64,000 nucleotides of DNA, taken from assembly GCA_036149055.1 (NCBI GenBank), contig JAYZQJ010000155.1, forward strand, positions 37,954 through 101,953, written 5' to 3'. Below, one piece after another: positions 27,154 to 36,547 of this stretch. Under the pieces are notes generated by a model. It was not told the origin of the DNA. It was given only the letters and a program-made list of their open reading frames with translations, and ran no database searches. This DNA comes from Myxococcota bacterium (GTDB taxonomy: Bacteria > Myxococcota_A > Polyangia > Polyangiales > Sandaracinaceae). Both the position numbers and the translations under genes were made by a program. Numbering within the stretch: the stretch's first letter is position 1; each line of letters opens with the position of its first letter.

Positions 27154-29208
27154 CTACCCCGGGCCGGCGACGCAGACGTTGGCCAGGCAGGTGAGGCCCA
27201 TGCCCTCGCAGCAGTCGGCGTCGGTCGAGCACGTCTCGCCGTCGTTCCGGCAGCGATCGGGGGGCGGCGGGGAGCAGACCGGATCTCCGCCGCCGGCCGG
27301 GGGGCGGCAGTCGCCCCCGCAACACTCGGTGCCGACCGAGCAGCTCTCGCCGTCGGGGCGGCAGGCGCGCGGCGCCCAGTAGGCGGAGATGTTGGCGCTC
27401 TGGGTGTTCTGCCCGGGCAGCCAGTAGGGCACGGAGCTCGGGTCGGTGCCCGGCGCGGCGTCGTCGCGGATGGCGGTCACCCAGATCTGCTGCATGCGCG
27501 TCGCCGGGCGCGTGGAGTTGCCGATCTGCGGGTTGCCGTAGACGCGGCGCGAGAGGAACGACAGCCAGTAGTAGCCGCCCTGATGGAAGGGCGAGAAGCT
27601 CGGCTGGTAGTCGAGCCCGGTCGAGGCGGCGGTGGCGAGCGCGGTGTCTCCGCTGCCGTCGGGCGCCATCACCCGGAGGGCCGCGCTCGAGCTCTCGCTG
27701 CGCGCGCCGTCCCCGTTGGCGAAGGCGATCATGGAGGCGTCGGGCGCCCACGTCGGGTAGCTGTCGGTGGTCGCGCCGGGGACCGACGCGCCCTCGTGGA
27801 TCCGGGTGGGCGTGCCCACCGCGTCGCCGCTGATCGGCAGCACGTAGACGTTGCCCCGGGTCGGGCGATCGCCCCAGCCGTTCTGGTCGCCGACGTAGGC
27901 GATCTGGGTGCCGTCCGGAGACCACGACGGGTAGGTGCCGTTGGGCATGCTGCCGGTCACGGGGACGTCGTCGCCGGTCATCGGGTCGAGGAGCGCGAGG
28001 GTCGGGTTGCCGCCGACGCGCGCGACGACGAGGCGGCTCTCGTCCGGGCTCCACGAGCTGAACCACCAGTACTGGCGGTTGGGCGACCAGAGGGTGGGCG
28101 CGGGCGACGCGGTGAGGTCGGTGGTCAGATCGAGCACGCTGCCGAAGTTGTCGCCGCCGCCGAAGCGGCCCGCCATGTAGCGCCCGCTCGGGGAGACGGA
28201 GTGACAGCCGACGCAGCCCTGCGGCGGGTCGGGCATGAACTCGACGCGCGTCGCCGTCCCGTCGTCGATGCGCACGATGCGCCCGCGCTCGATGTCCCAG
28301 TAGTAGACGCTGCCGGTCAGCGCTGCGCGCGCGAAGGTCATCCCGAGGGGCGCGCCGCGCACCACCTCGCCGCTCGCCGCCTCGAGCCGATCGACGGTCA
28401 GCGAGGCCGGGTCGTCGGGGTTGGTCTGTGCGACCGCGCGCCAGGCCGACGACTCGACCAGCCAGTGGTTGTCGCCGTCGAATGCCACGTACGCGACCAC
28501 GGTGACGTCGGGCTTGGTGAGCGTCACCCGGAAGAGGTCGCCGGCGGCGCCGCGCATCCACTGCACGTCGGCCGGGTAGACGTTCTGCGGCATGACGACC
28601 TGGTCGAGCGGGTAGACGACCTCGGCCGCGCGGGCCGCGTCGTCGACCGGGGTCGCCGCGTCGAAGCGCGCGGGGGCGTCCGGGATCTCGGCCGGCACGA
28701 GGGTCCGCTCCAGCCGCACGCGGATCGAGGCGGTGCCGACGAGCGCCGGGCCGCCGGTGGGGTTCGGCACGGTGGCGGTGACCATGCTCGTCCCCCCGAT
28801 CGCGCCGTTGGCGGTGAACAGGCCGCTCGCCACGTCGACGAGACCGATGGAGACGTTGTCGAGCTCCCAGACCGGTCCGGCGAGCGGGAGCTCCGAGCCG
28901 TCGCTGTACTCGCCGACGACCTCGAAGTCCTGGGTGGGGCGGGCGCCATCGGCGGAGACGAGCTCCACGCTCGCCGGCTCCACCCGGACGCCGGTGAGCG
29001 TGACCGGGAGGCCGGTGTCCATCCTCCCGCCGCCGTCGTCGCCGCCCTCCCCCGCGTCCGGCCGCGCCTCGCAGACCGCGTCGACGCAGACCTGGTCCGC
29101 CTCGCAGTCGGCGTTCGAGGTGCACGTGTCGCCGCCGGTGGGGCCGCCGCAGTCGCAGCCGGCCGCCGCGAGCGTGAAGAGCGCGGAGAGGATGAAGCGC
29201 GTTCGCAT
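27154..29208 (-). CDS. Lipoprotein with Ig-like domain, TolB-like/PD40 propeller and Cys-rich ends
   Basis: Lipobox AAAGC; 'VRVEPASVEL'; repeats WSPDESRL, PSWSPDGTQIAY, PTWAPDASMIAF; CVGCH; terminal Cys-rich repeats. Confidence 0.85.
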   Translation of the reverse strand: MRTRFILSALFTLAAAGCDCGGPTGGDTCTSNADCEADQVCVDAVCEARPDAGEGGDDGGGRMDTGLPVTLTGVRVEPASVELVSADGARPTQDFEVVGEYSDGSELPLAGPVWELDNVSIGLVDVASGLFTANGAIGGTSMVTATVPNPTGGPALVGTASIRVRLERTLVPAEIPDAPARFDAATPVDDAARAAEVVYPLDQVVMPQNVYPADVQWMRGAAGDLFRVTLTKPDVTVVAYVAFDGDNHWLVESSAWRAVAQTNPDDPASLTVDRLEAASGEVVRGAPLGMTFARAALTGSVYYWDIERGRIVRIDDGTATRVEFMPDPPQGCVGCHSVSPSGRYMAGRFGGGDNFGSVLDLTTDLTASPAPTLWSPNRQYWWFSSWSPDESRLVVARVGGNPTLALLDPMTGDDVPVTGSMPNGTYPSWSPDGTQIAYVGDQNGWGDRPTRGNVYVLPISGDAVGTPTRIHEGASVPGATTDSYPTWAPDASMIAFANGDGARSESSSAALRVMAPDGSGDTALATAASTGLDYQPSFSPFHQGGYYWLSFLSRRVYGNPQIGNSTRPATRMQQIWVTAIRDDAAPGTDPSSVPYWLPGQNTQSANISAYWAPRACRPDGESCSVGTECCGGDCRPPAGGGDPVCSPPPPDRCRNDGETCSTDADCCEGMGLTCLANVCVAGPG

Positions 29209-29261
29209 GCGCGCCATCCTAGCTGCGCAGTCCCCAATCGGCGAGGGGGGCTATGACATCG

Positions 29262-30563
29262 TCACGGGCAAGAGCCCCGGGGCTGGGTCGGCCCGAGCGA
29301 GCAGTCGGGCGTCCCGTCGCCGTCGGTGTCGGGCAAGGCGTTGCCCGCGGTGGTGAGGCGCGACTCGCCGGTCGCGAAGAGATCGGGGCAGCCGCTCGGG
29401 ACGCACGCGCGGCCGTGATGGAAATAGAAGAGCGGCACCGTCGCGCCGCCGTGGCCGGTGCAGCCGAGATCGCTGTAGCGCAGGGAGTTGCCGAACGAGG
29501 GGCACTCGCGGCGCACGCAGTCCGGGCGACCATGGCAGTACCAGTCGCCGAAGACGGCGGCCTCGCCGGCGTTCCGGAAGGTGTTGTGGTGAAAGGTGTT
29601 GAAGTGGCTCGCGTCGCGCACCCGGATGGGGTCGCCGGAGACCGTGCGGAACGTGTTGTGGCTGACGTCGTTCCCGGTCGCGTTGTGCGTGAGGTAGACG
29701 CCGTGGATCAGGCCGGCGTCGCCGGGGGCGTTGACCAGGCGCCGGAAGGTGTTGCGGAGCACGTGGCTGTCGCGCGTGTTGCTCAGGACCACGCCGCCGA
29801 GCCCCGCGTCCGGCTCGCCGCCCACGTTGCCGATGTCCTCGAAGACGCAGTCCTCGACGCGGTTGTGGCTGGAGAAGCCCGCCGGGTCGTCCCGGTTGCT
29901 CGCGAAGGTGATGCCGGAGACGACGTAGTCGCGCAGGTGGAGCCAGTGGAACTCGAGGTTGGTCCGCACGCCGCTCCGGGCGGACGTGCGGTTCAGGTAG
30001 AAGAGCATCCGGGCGCCGTCGCCGTCGAACACCGGCCGCGTCGGCGTGCCGCTCCCGGTCCAGTCGCGAGGGAGGAAGCGCGTGGTGTGCGCCGGGTCGA
30101 CGTAGCGCCACACGACCGCCTGGCCGACGTAGACGCCAGGCGCGATCCGGATCTCGACGTCGCGGTCGGGTCGCGCCGCCATCAACAGCGCGTGGGCGCG
30201 CTCGAGGGTCGCGATGGGACGCGCGCGGGTCCCCGGGTCGGTGTCCCGGCCGTCGGTGGCGACGAAGATCTGAAAGGGCCCGGTGTCCACGCCGCCGTCG
30301 ACCGGCGCGCCGGCGTCCACCCCGGCGTCCGGCGCCGGGCCCGCGTCGTCGTCGGTCGGGCCGGCGTCTCGGTTGACGACGCCCGCGTCGCGCGGAGGCG
30401 AGCTCGCGTCCGGGCGAGGCGAGCCGCCGTCTCGCTCCGGAGCGCGCGCGTCGGGGCGCGGCGTGCCGGCGTCGACCCCGGCGTCGACCCCGGGGGCCGG
30501 GCCGGAGCAGGCGGCGAGCAGCAGGCAGGCGCCGAGCGCGGACCCGAGACGGTGCGACATCAT
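29262..30563 (-). CDS. Lipoprotein with right-handed parallel beta-helix (pectin-lyase-like, DUF1565-like start)
   Basis: Lipobox LLAAC; DAG-rich linker; 'IFVATDGRDTDPGTRARPIATLERA', 'HGVYL', repeated NTF motifs. Confidence 0.8.
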   Translation of the reverse strand: MMSHRLGSALGACLLLAACSGPAPGVDAGVDAGTPRPDARAPERDGGSPRPDASSPPRDAGVVNRDAGPTDDDAGPAPDAGVDAGAPVDGGVDTGPFQIFVATDGRDTDPGTRARPIATLERAHALLMAARPDRDVEIRIAPGVYVGQAVVWRYVDPAHTTRFLPRDWTGSGTPTRPVFDGDGARMLFYLNRTSARSGVRTNLEFHWLHLRDYVVSGITFASNRDDPAGFSSHNRVEDCVFEDIGNVGGEPDAGLGGVVLSNTRDSHVLRNTFRRLVNAPGDAGLIHGVYLTHNATGNDVSHNTFRTVSGDPIRVRDASHFNTFHHNTFRNAGEAAVFGDWYCHGRPDCVRRECPSFGNSLRYSDLGCTGHGGATVPLFYFHHGRACVPSGCPDLFATGESRLTTAGNALPDTDGDGTPDCSLGPTQPRGSCP

Positions 30564-30723
30564 GGGCGAGTCTACATCCAAGGCGCGTGCCGGAGGCTCG
30601 AGGCGGCCGAGGCGACCCTCCACCGTGGGGTGCGACCCCACAGGTGGCGGGTGGGATCGCCACCGGGCCGGGCCGTGGCCGCCGCGGGATGGCGCGGCGA
30701 CGAGGCGGGCGCACGTCGCGGGC

Positions 30724-33150
30724 ATGGACGCGCGTCGGACCGATCCGAGCGAGGCGGAGCTGCGCGAGGCGCTGGGGATCCCGACCGACGCCGAGACGGT
30801 CCTGGTGTTCGGCGAGACGAGCCACTGGGATCCGAACTGGCTGCTGACCTCGGAGGAGTACTTCGACCGACGCATCGTGCCGATCTTCGAGGAGGTGCTC
30901 GAGGCGCTCGAGGCGGAGCCGCGGCGGGTGTTCGGGATCGAGTGCCTGTTCTTCTTCCAGCTCTACTGGGACCGTCACCCCGCGCAGCGGGAGCGGCTCC
31001 GAAGCCTGGTGAACGACGGGCGCCTCCGGCTCCTCGGCTCCGGGATCACCACCCCCGACACGCTGCTGCCGAGCAGCGAGGCGATCTTGCGCGACTACCT
31101 CATCGGGCAGGAGTGGCTGCGCGCGCGAGACCTGACCCCGGAGCCGCGGCTCGCCTACCTGCCCGACGACTTCGGACACTCGCCGGCGCTGCCCTCCCTG
31201 CTCGACGCGATGGGCTTCGACCGGGTGGGCATCACGCGCATCGACGGCATGTACTTCGTCGGCGCCGACCTGCGGCCGCCCTGGTCGTTCCCGCTCGAGG
31301 GCTCGAGCGCGGACCTGCTCGGCGCGCAGCTGAAGACGCAGGACTTCGTCTGGCGCGCGCCCGACGGCGCCGAGGCGCTCTGCCACTGGAACGCCTTCAC
31401 CTACTTCCAGGGCGACATGCTCGCGCACATCGGGATCATCCGCTGGATGGGCATGACGCTCGGGGTCCCCTGGCGGACCGGGCGCCACGTCGCGCGACGC
31501 GTCGATCAGCTGGTCGCGCAGCTGAAGCCGCTGAGCCGCACGCCCTACCTCTTCTGCCCCATCGGCTGCGACTTCAACGGCCCGATCCCGGGGCTGGTGG
31601 AGCTGCTCGATCGCTACAACCGGGAGCGCTACGAGCGCAGCGGCGTCTGGACGCTCAACGCGGGGATGGACGACCACCTCGCGCTGGTCGACTTCCACCG
31701 CGACGCCCTGCCGGTGCTCGAGCTGGACCCCAACCCCTACTGGATGGGCTTCTACGCGACGCGGCCCAACGTGAAGCGGCGGTGCAACCGGGTGGCGCGG
31801 AAGCTGGTGCTGGCGGAGAAGCTCGCGTTCGGCGCGCACGCCCGGCCACCCCCCGACCCGGAGCTCGAGCGCGCCTGGCACCTCGTCGCGGTGAGCAATC
31901 ACCACGACTTCATCACCGGCACCACGCCCGAGCGCGTGTACCGCCGCGAGCAGCTGCCCTGGCTCGAGGAGGCCGAGGCGCTCGCCGACGCCTGCGTGTC
32001 CCGGGCGCGGGGCGCGAACGCGCGGCTGCCCCCCGAGCCGCCGGCGAGGCCGCCGCGGTGGTCGCTCGCGGACGGCGTGCTCGAGGTCGAGACCGATCAC
32101 TTCGCGCTCCGGCTGAGCGAGCGCGCCGGCGGGTGCGTGGAGAGCCTGCGGACCGGCGGCGTGGAGCGGCTCGCCGGCCCGGGCAACGACCTGGTGGTCT
32201 ACCGCGACTCCGGCGGCCTCTGGCGCATGGGGCACGAGTTCCTCGGCGGCACCTACCGGGAGGCGCTGCGCTCGCGAGACCAGCCGGCCCGCGTCGCGGC
32301 CGAGGAGCAGGACGGCGTGCTGGTGATCACGGTGAGGTCGTACCTCGGCGCCGAGCGCGTGGTGCGGCGCCTCTTCGTCGAGGGCGGCTCGCCCATCCTC
32401 CGGATGCACATCGACGGCGCGGCGGCCGAGGGCACCACCGTCGCCTGCCGCTTCCCGACCACCCTCCGGGCCGAGACCCTGACCATGAACGTGCCCGGCG
32501 GCGTGGTGGAGCGGCCGCGCGAGAAGCTCTTCGCGCCGACGTACTGGGCGGCGCGCTCGTTCGCGTTCGTCTCGACTCCAGAGCACGGCGGCCTCGCCGT
32601 GTTCCTGGGCGGGCCCGCCTGCGTCGCCATGCCCGCGCCGGGCGCGATCGAGTGGGTCGCGCTGCGGCACGCGCCCCTCGAGCGCGCGTTCGGCTTCATC
32701 CCGCTGCCGGCCCACCCCGCGTCGGGCGTCGGCACGTCGGAGGGCGGGTTCGACTACGCGCTCTGGCTCACGCCGGACGGCGACTTCCGGGGGCATCACC
32801 TGCTGGCCCGCGGCCGGCGCGCGCTCCGGGAGACGCTCTACCCGGACGACGGCGCCGACCTCGACGCGGCGGTGAGCCAGCTCGCGGTGTGCGACCGGGA
32901 GGACGTCGTGGTCACCGCGATCAAGCGGGCGTCGCGCGGCGACGGCGTGATCGTGCGGCTCCGCGCCGACGTCGACGCGACCGAGACCCGGGAGACCCGC
33001 CTGCGCTGCCCCGGCCGCGCCCTCCGGTCGGCGAGCCTCTGCGACGCCCGAGAGCGCGATCGCCACGCGCTCCCACTGGACGCGGACGCCGCGGTGGTGT
33101 CCGTGGACCGCTCCATCACCAGCGTGCGGCTCCGCTTCGAGGACCCTTGA
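30724..33150 (+). CDS. Glycoside hydrolase family 38 (alpha-mannosidase-like)
   Basis: SHWDPNWL, LPDDFGHS, NHHDFITGT, C-terminal 'VTAIKRASRGDGVIVRL'. Confidence 0.85.
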   Translation: MDARRTDPSEAELREALGIPTDAETVLVFGETSHWDPNWLLTSEEYFDRRIVPIFEEVLEALEAEPRRVFGIECLFFFQLYWDRHPAQRERLRSLVNDGRLRLLGSGITTPDTLLPSSEAILRDYLIGQEWLRARDLTPEPRLAYLPDDFGHSPALPSLLDAMGFDRVGITRIDGMYFVGADLRPPWSFPLEGSSADLLGAQLKTQDFVWRAPDGAEALCHWNAFTYFQGDMLAHIGIIRWMGMTLGVPWRTGRHVARRVDQLVAQLKPLSRTPYLFCPIGCDFNGPIPGLVELLDRYNRERYERSGVWTLNAGMDDHLALVDFHRDALPVLELDPNPYWMGFYATRPNVKRRCNRVARKLVLAEKLAFGAHARPPPDPELERAWHLVAVSNHHDFITGTTPERVYRREQLPWLEEAEALADACVSRARGANARLPPEPPARPPRWSLADGVLEVETDHFALRLSERAGGCVESLRTGGVERLAGPGNDLVVYRDSGGLWRMGHEFLGGTYREALRSRDQPARVAAEEQDGVLVITVRSYLGAERVVRRLFVEGGSPILRMHIDGAAAEGTTVACRFPTTLRAETLTMNVPGGVVERPREKLFAPTYWAARSFAFVSTPEHGGLAVFLGGPACVAMPAPGAIEWVALRHAPLERAFGFIPLPAHPASGVGTSEGGFDYALWLTPDGDFRGHHLLARGRRALRETLYPDDGADLDAAVSQLAVCDREDVVVTAIKRASRGDGVIVRLRADVDATETRETRLRCPGRALRSASLCDARERDRHALPLDADAAVVSVDRSITSVRLRFEDP

Positions 33151-33152
33151 AC

Positions 33153-33815
33153 ATGCCCCAGAATCGAACCCTGGCCCTGCTCGCGGCGCTCGCCCTGGCG
33201 CTCGTCGCCCCGGCGCACGTCACCCCGGCGCACGCGGACGAGACCGGCCGCACCATCGACTACACGATCACACGCAACGGCGACGCCATCGGCACGCACC
33301 GGGTGCGCTTCCAGGAGCGCGACGGGCAGCGCACGGTCGAGCACGAGCTGCACATCCGCGTGTTCGTGCTCACCCTCGAGGCCTACAGCTACGACCTGCG
33401 CGCCCGCGAGGTCTGGCGCGGCCGGCAGCTCGTCGGCTTCACCGCCACGACCGACCGGAACGGGGAGGCGCTGCAGGTGTTCGCCCGGCGCGGGGGCTCG
33501 AGCATCCGGATCCGCGGCGCCGACGGCGCGCGCACGACCGCGCCGGGTCACGCCATCCCCGCCGACCCCCACTACGACGTGCTCTCCCCCGGAGACGCGC
33601 TGATGATCGAGGCGGAGGACGGAGCGCTGCGTCGCGTGCGGGTGAGCGCGCCGCGGCAGGAGACCCTCACGGTCGCCGGACGTCGGCTCGCGACCCGCCG
33701 CTACGACGTGCGCGGCGAGCACGTCGCGAGCCTCTGGTACGACGCCGACGGCTACCTGGTGAAGAAGCGCCTGCAGGCGACCGACGGCTCGATCGTCATC
33801 ACCGAGATGCGCTGA
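33153..33815 (+). CDS. DUF6134-like exported protein
   Basis: Signal peptide ending AHA-D; 'RNGDAIGTHRVRF', 'YSYDLRAREVW', 'LWYDADGYLVK'. Confidence 0.7.
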   Translation: MPQNRTLALLAALALALVAPAHVTPAHADETGRTIDYTITRNGDAIGTHRVRFQERDGQRTVEHELHIRVFVLTLEAYSYDLRAREVWRGRQLVGFTATTDRNGEALQVFARRGGSSIRIRGADGARTTAPGHAIPADPHYDVLSPGDALMIEAEDGALRRVRVSAPRQETLTVAGRRLATRRYDVRGEHVASLWYDADGYLVKKRLQATDGSIVITEMR

Positions 33816-33929
33816 GGGATGTCCTCTCGCGGGGCTCTCCCGCCGGGAGCAGAGCGCGACGCGGAGCCCGCGGTGCGCATGTGAGAGGCATGGGACGGGC
33901 TTGTTCCGCCCCGGAAACGAGCCGCCGCC

Positions 33930-35132
33930 ATGAACGCCTCGTTGCTGCTCACCGCCGCCCTGGGTCTGATCCTCGTCGGCCTCGTACACGTCGCGCTGCG
34001 CCGCTCGCTGCGCGCGCTCCAGGCCTCGCGCCCCACGCCGCCGGCGCGACTCCCGGCGATGCTCGTGATCCGCCCGGTCCGCGGTCGCGATCCCGGGCTC
34101 GTGCGCAACGCGATCGCCGCGCTCCGCCAGCGCTACCCCGGGCCGCTCGAGACCCTGTTCGTGCTCGACGACGAGTCCGATCCCGCGCTCCCGATCCTGC
34201 GACAGGTGCTCCGCGCGTGCCCGGACGCGAACGCGCGCATCGTGCTCTCCGGCCCCCCGCGGCCGGCGCGCACCGGGAAGCTGCACGCGATGATCCAGGG
34301 CATGGCGAGGGCCCGGGGCGACGCCCCGCTCGTCTGCTTCGCCGACTCGGACACCCGCCCGACCCCGGATCTGCTCGCCCGGCTCGCGGCGCGCGTCACG
34401 CGCGAGCCCGACGTGGGCGCGGCCTTCGCGCCGGCGGTCTGCGCCGAGCGTCCGCGCACCGGCGGCGACGCGGCCTACGCGCTGCTCCTCGACGGCGTCT
34501 ATGGACCGCAAGCAGCGATGACGCTCTCCATCGAGGGCGCGCTGCCGTTCATCATGGGGCAGACGATGGTCCTGCGCCGGGAGGCGCTCGACGCCGCGGG
34601 CGGCCTCGAGGGCTCCGAGGGGCAGCTCGTCGACGACATGCACATCGGCGCTCGGCTCCACGCCGCGGGGTGGCGCAACGTGCTCATCGGCGCGCCGCTC
34701 CACATCGTGCAGCGCGGCCTGTCCTGGAGGGACCTCCGGGGGCTCGCGCTGCGCTGGATGATCTACGGCCGCACCGGCATCCCCTTCTGGCCGTTCAACG
34801 CGCCGGCGCTCGGGTGGGTCGCGGTCTTCTTCGGCGCGCCGTTGCTGGCCGTGCTCGCGGCGCTGCACGGAGATCTCTGGTCGATGAGCCTCGCCCTCGT
34901 CGCGACGGCGGCCGTGCCCGTGTCGCTGCAGCGGCTCCGGCGGACGCTGGGCGGCGCCCGCCTCCCGCTCCGCCTCTGGTGGGCGCCGGTCGTCACCCTC
35001 GCGATGCTGCCGGAGCTCTACCTCCGCGCGCTCTTCTCCCGCTCCATCCAGTGGCGCGGCCGGATCTACCGGCTCGACCCCGCCGGCCTGCTGCGGTCAC
35101 CCACCCGCCCGATGGACGGGTCGCCCGGGTAG
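33930..35132 (+). CDS. Ceramide/hopanoid glucosyltransferase-like (GT21 / HpnI-like)
   Basis: N-terminal TM; RPVRGRD, FADSDT, MGQTMVLRREALDAAGG, LVDDMHIG, LRW; C-terminal TMs and 'IQWRGRIYRL'. Confidence 0.85.
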   Translation: MNASLLLTAALGLILVGLVHVALRRSLRALQASRPTPPARLPAMLVIRPVRGRDPGLVRNAIAALRQRYPGPLETLFVLDDESDPALPILRQVLRACPDANARIVLSGPPRPARTGKLHAMIQGMARARGDAPLVCFADSDTRPTPDLLARLAARVTREPDVGAAFAPAVCAERPRTGGDAAYALLLDGVYGPQAAMTLSIEGALPFIMGQTMVLRREALDAAGGLEGSEGQLVDDMHIGARLHAAGWRNVLIGAPLHIVQRGLSWRDLRGLALRWMIYGRTGIPFWPFNAPALGWVAVFFGAPLLAVLAALHGDLWSMSLALVATAAVPVSLQRLRRTLGGARLPLRLWWAPVVTLAMLPELYLRALFSRSIQWRGRIYRLDPAGLLRSPTRPMDGSPG

Positions 35133-36547
35133 CCCCCGCCGTCGACGCCGGGCGCGGGCAGGGCGTCGGCGGGGACGGCGCCGAGGCCGGCGCAGAGGAG
35201 CGCCTCGCGATCCTGCTGCTGGAGCCCGGTGTGCATGACCCGGAGCTCGATCGCGTCGCCTCGCTCGCGCACCAGCACGTCGACGTGGGTCCGCTCGCAG
35301 CCGCCGATGTAGGCGTGGCCGCGCAGCGCGCGCCCCTCGTCGTCTCGCCAGTACGTCGCCCAGCGCTCGGCGCCCGGCTCCACGAAGCGCGCCGCGACCA
35401 CCCGCGCCCACGCGGCGTCGTCCGCTTCGAAGCGGGCGAGCTCCGCGCGTTCGGCCGAGGCCACCCGAAGGGCAACGTACCCTCCGCGCTGCACGAAGGC
35501 CGCCACGTCGTTCGCAGCGCGGGGCCACTGGCCGCCCGTCTCCGAGCGCCAGACCGGCCAGCCCGCGTCGACGGCGGGCTCGAGGGGCGTGAAGCCCTCG
35601 GGCGCCGGGACGTCGGCGTCGGGCGCACGTCGGGCCGGGCCGCGGTGCAGCCACACGACTCCCGGCGTCCGCAGGGAGAGGACGATCTGCGATCCGGCGA
35701 AGGCGGCCTCGCTCGCCGGGCGCGGGAAGAGCGTCTCGACCTCGATCGCGTCGCCCTGGAGCGTCCAGCGCTCGGTGCGCTCGCCCTCGACCTCCACCAG
35801 CGCCTCGCCCTCGGGCCCGATCGCGAGCAGGCGCGCCTCCTCGGCGGGGCGCTCCGCGATCACGGCGCCATCCGAGCGCAGCCAGCGCGCCACGTCATCG
35901 GTGAAGAAGACGAGGAGCCGGCCGCCGCGAGGATCCCACCGGAGGTGCCGGTAGGAGGCGAGCGGCGCCGCCTCTTCGAGCCCGACCGTCCGCAGCGCGG
36001 CGGCCCCGTCGGCGTAGACCACGCACTGCGCCCTCCCCTCGGCGTCGTAGCCCACCTCCGACGCTCCGCCGCAGGCACGAGAGCCTGCGACCGGCGTGAG
36101 CTGCGCCGACGCGAGGTCGAGCTCGGCCAGCCCGTCCGGGCCGACGACGAGCGCCCGGGCGCCGTCCGGCGACGGGGCGATCACGGGCTCGAAGCGCGTC
36201 CCGGAGGCGACGCGGCGGGGGCGACGCTCGGCGTCTCGCAGGATCAACACGCCCGACGCGGCCTCGATCGTGCGCTCGCCGATCGCGACCTCCCCGTACC
36301 CCAGGGCGCCCTCGCCGAGCACCTCGAGCAGCGCCCCGCTCTCCGCGTCGTGACGCGCGCAGCTCATCACGTAGCCGCTCGTGGCGAGCAGCGGGCGCGC
36401 GCTCCACACCGGACAGGGGCGGACGAAGCGAACGCGGTAGGGCGCGAGCGGCGCCGGAGCGGCCGCCGCGGGCGGCTCGGGGCGGATCGAGACCTCCTCC
36501 TCGCACCCGAGCGCGAGGAGGAGGAGGAGGGCCGCGGCGCGGGTCAT
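35066..36547 (-). CDS. Hypothetical lipoprotein (possible beta-propeller)
   Basis: Lipobox LALGC; ATGA-coupled to upstream gene; 'SPDGARALV' propeller-like motif. Confidence 0.65.
   Translation of the reverse strand: MTRAAALLLLLALGCEEEVSIRPEPPAAAAPAPLAPYRVRFVRPCPVWSARPLLATSGYVMSCARHDAESGALLEVLGEGALGYGEVAIGERTIEAASGVLILRDAERRPRRVASGTRFEPVIAPSPDGARALVVGPDGLAELDLASAQLTPVAGSRACGGASEVGYDAEGRAQCVVYADGAAALRTVGLEEAAPLASYRHLRWDPRGGRLLVFFTDDVARWLRSDGAVIAERPAEEARLLAIGPEGEALVEVEGERTERWTLQGDAIEVETLFPRPASEAAFAGSQIVLSLRTPGVVWLHRGPARRAPDADVPAPEGFTPLEPAVDAGWPVWRSETGGQWPRAANDVAAFVQRGGYVALRVASAERAELARFEADDAAWARVVAARFVEPGAERWATYWRDDEGRALRGHAYIGGCERTHVDVLVRERGDAIELRVMHTGLQQQDREALLCAGLGAVPADALPAPGVDGGGYPGDPSIGRVGDRSRPAGSSR

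Noticed and set aside
28195..28225. CVGCH in the TolB-like lipoprotein as a haem c site
   Set aside because: As I recall, this motif is common at the start of the propeller in this myxobacterial family; there is no other cytochrome evidence, so I did not promote it
29251..33815. 1271-aa and 1520-aa ORFs spanning 29.2-33.8 kb
   Set aside because: Shadow frames; only the last 220 codons of the 1520-aa ORF (from 33153) look like a real gene
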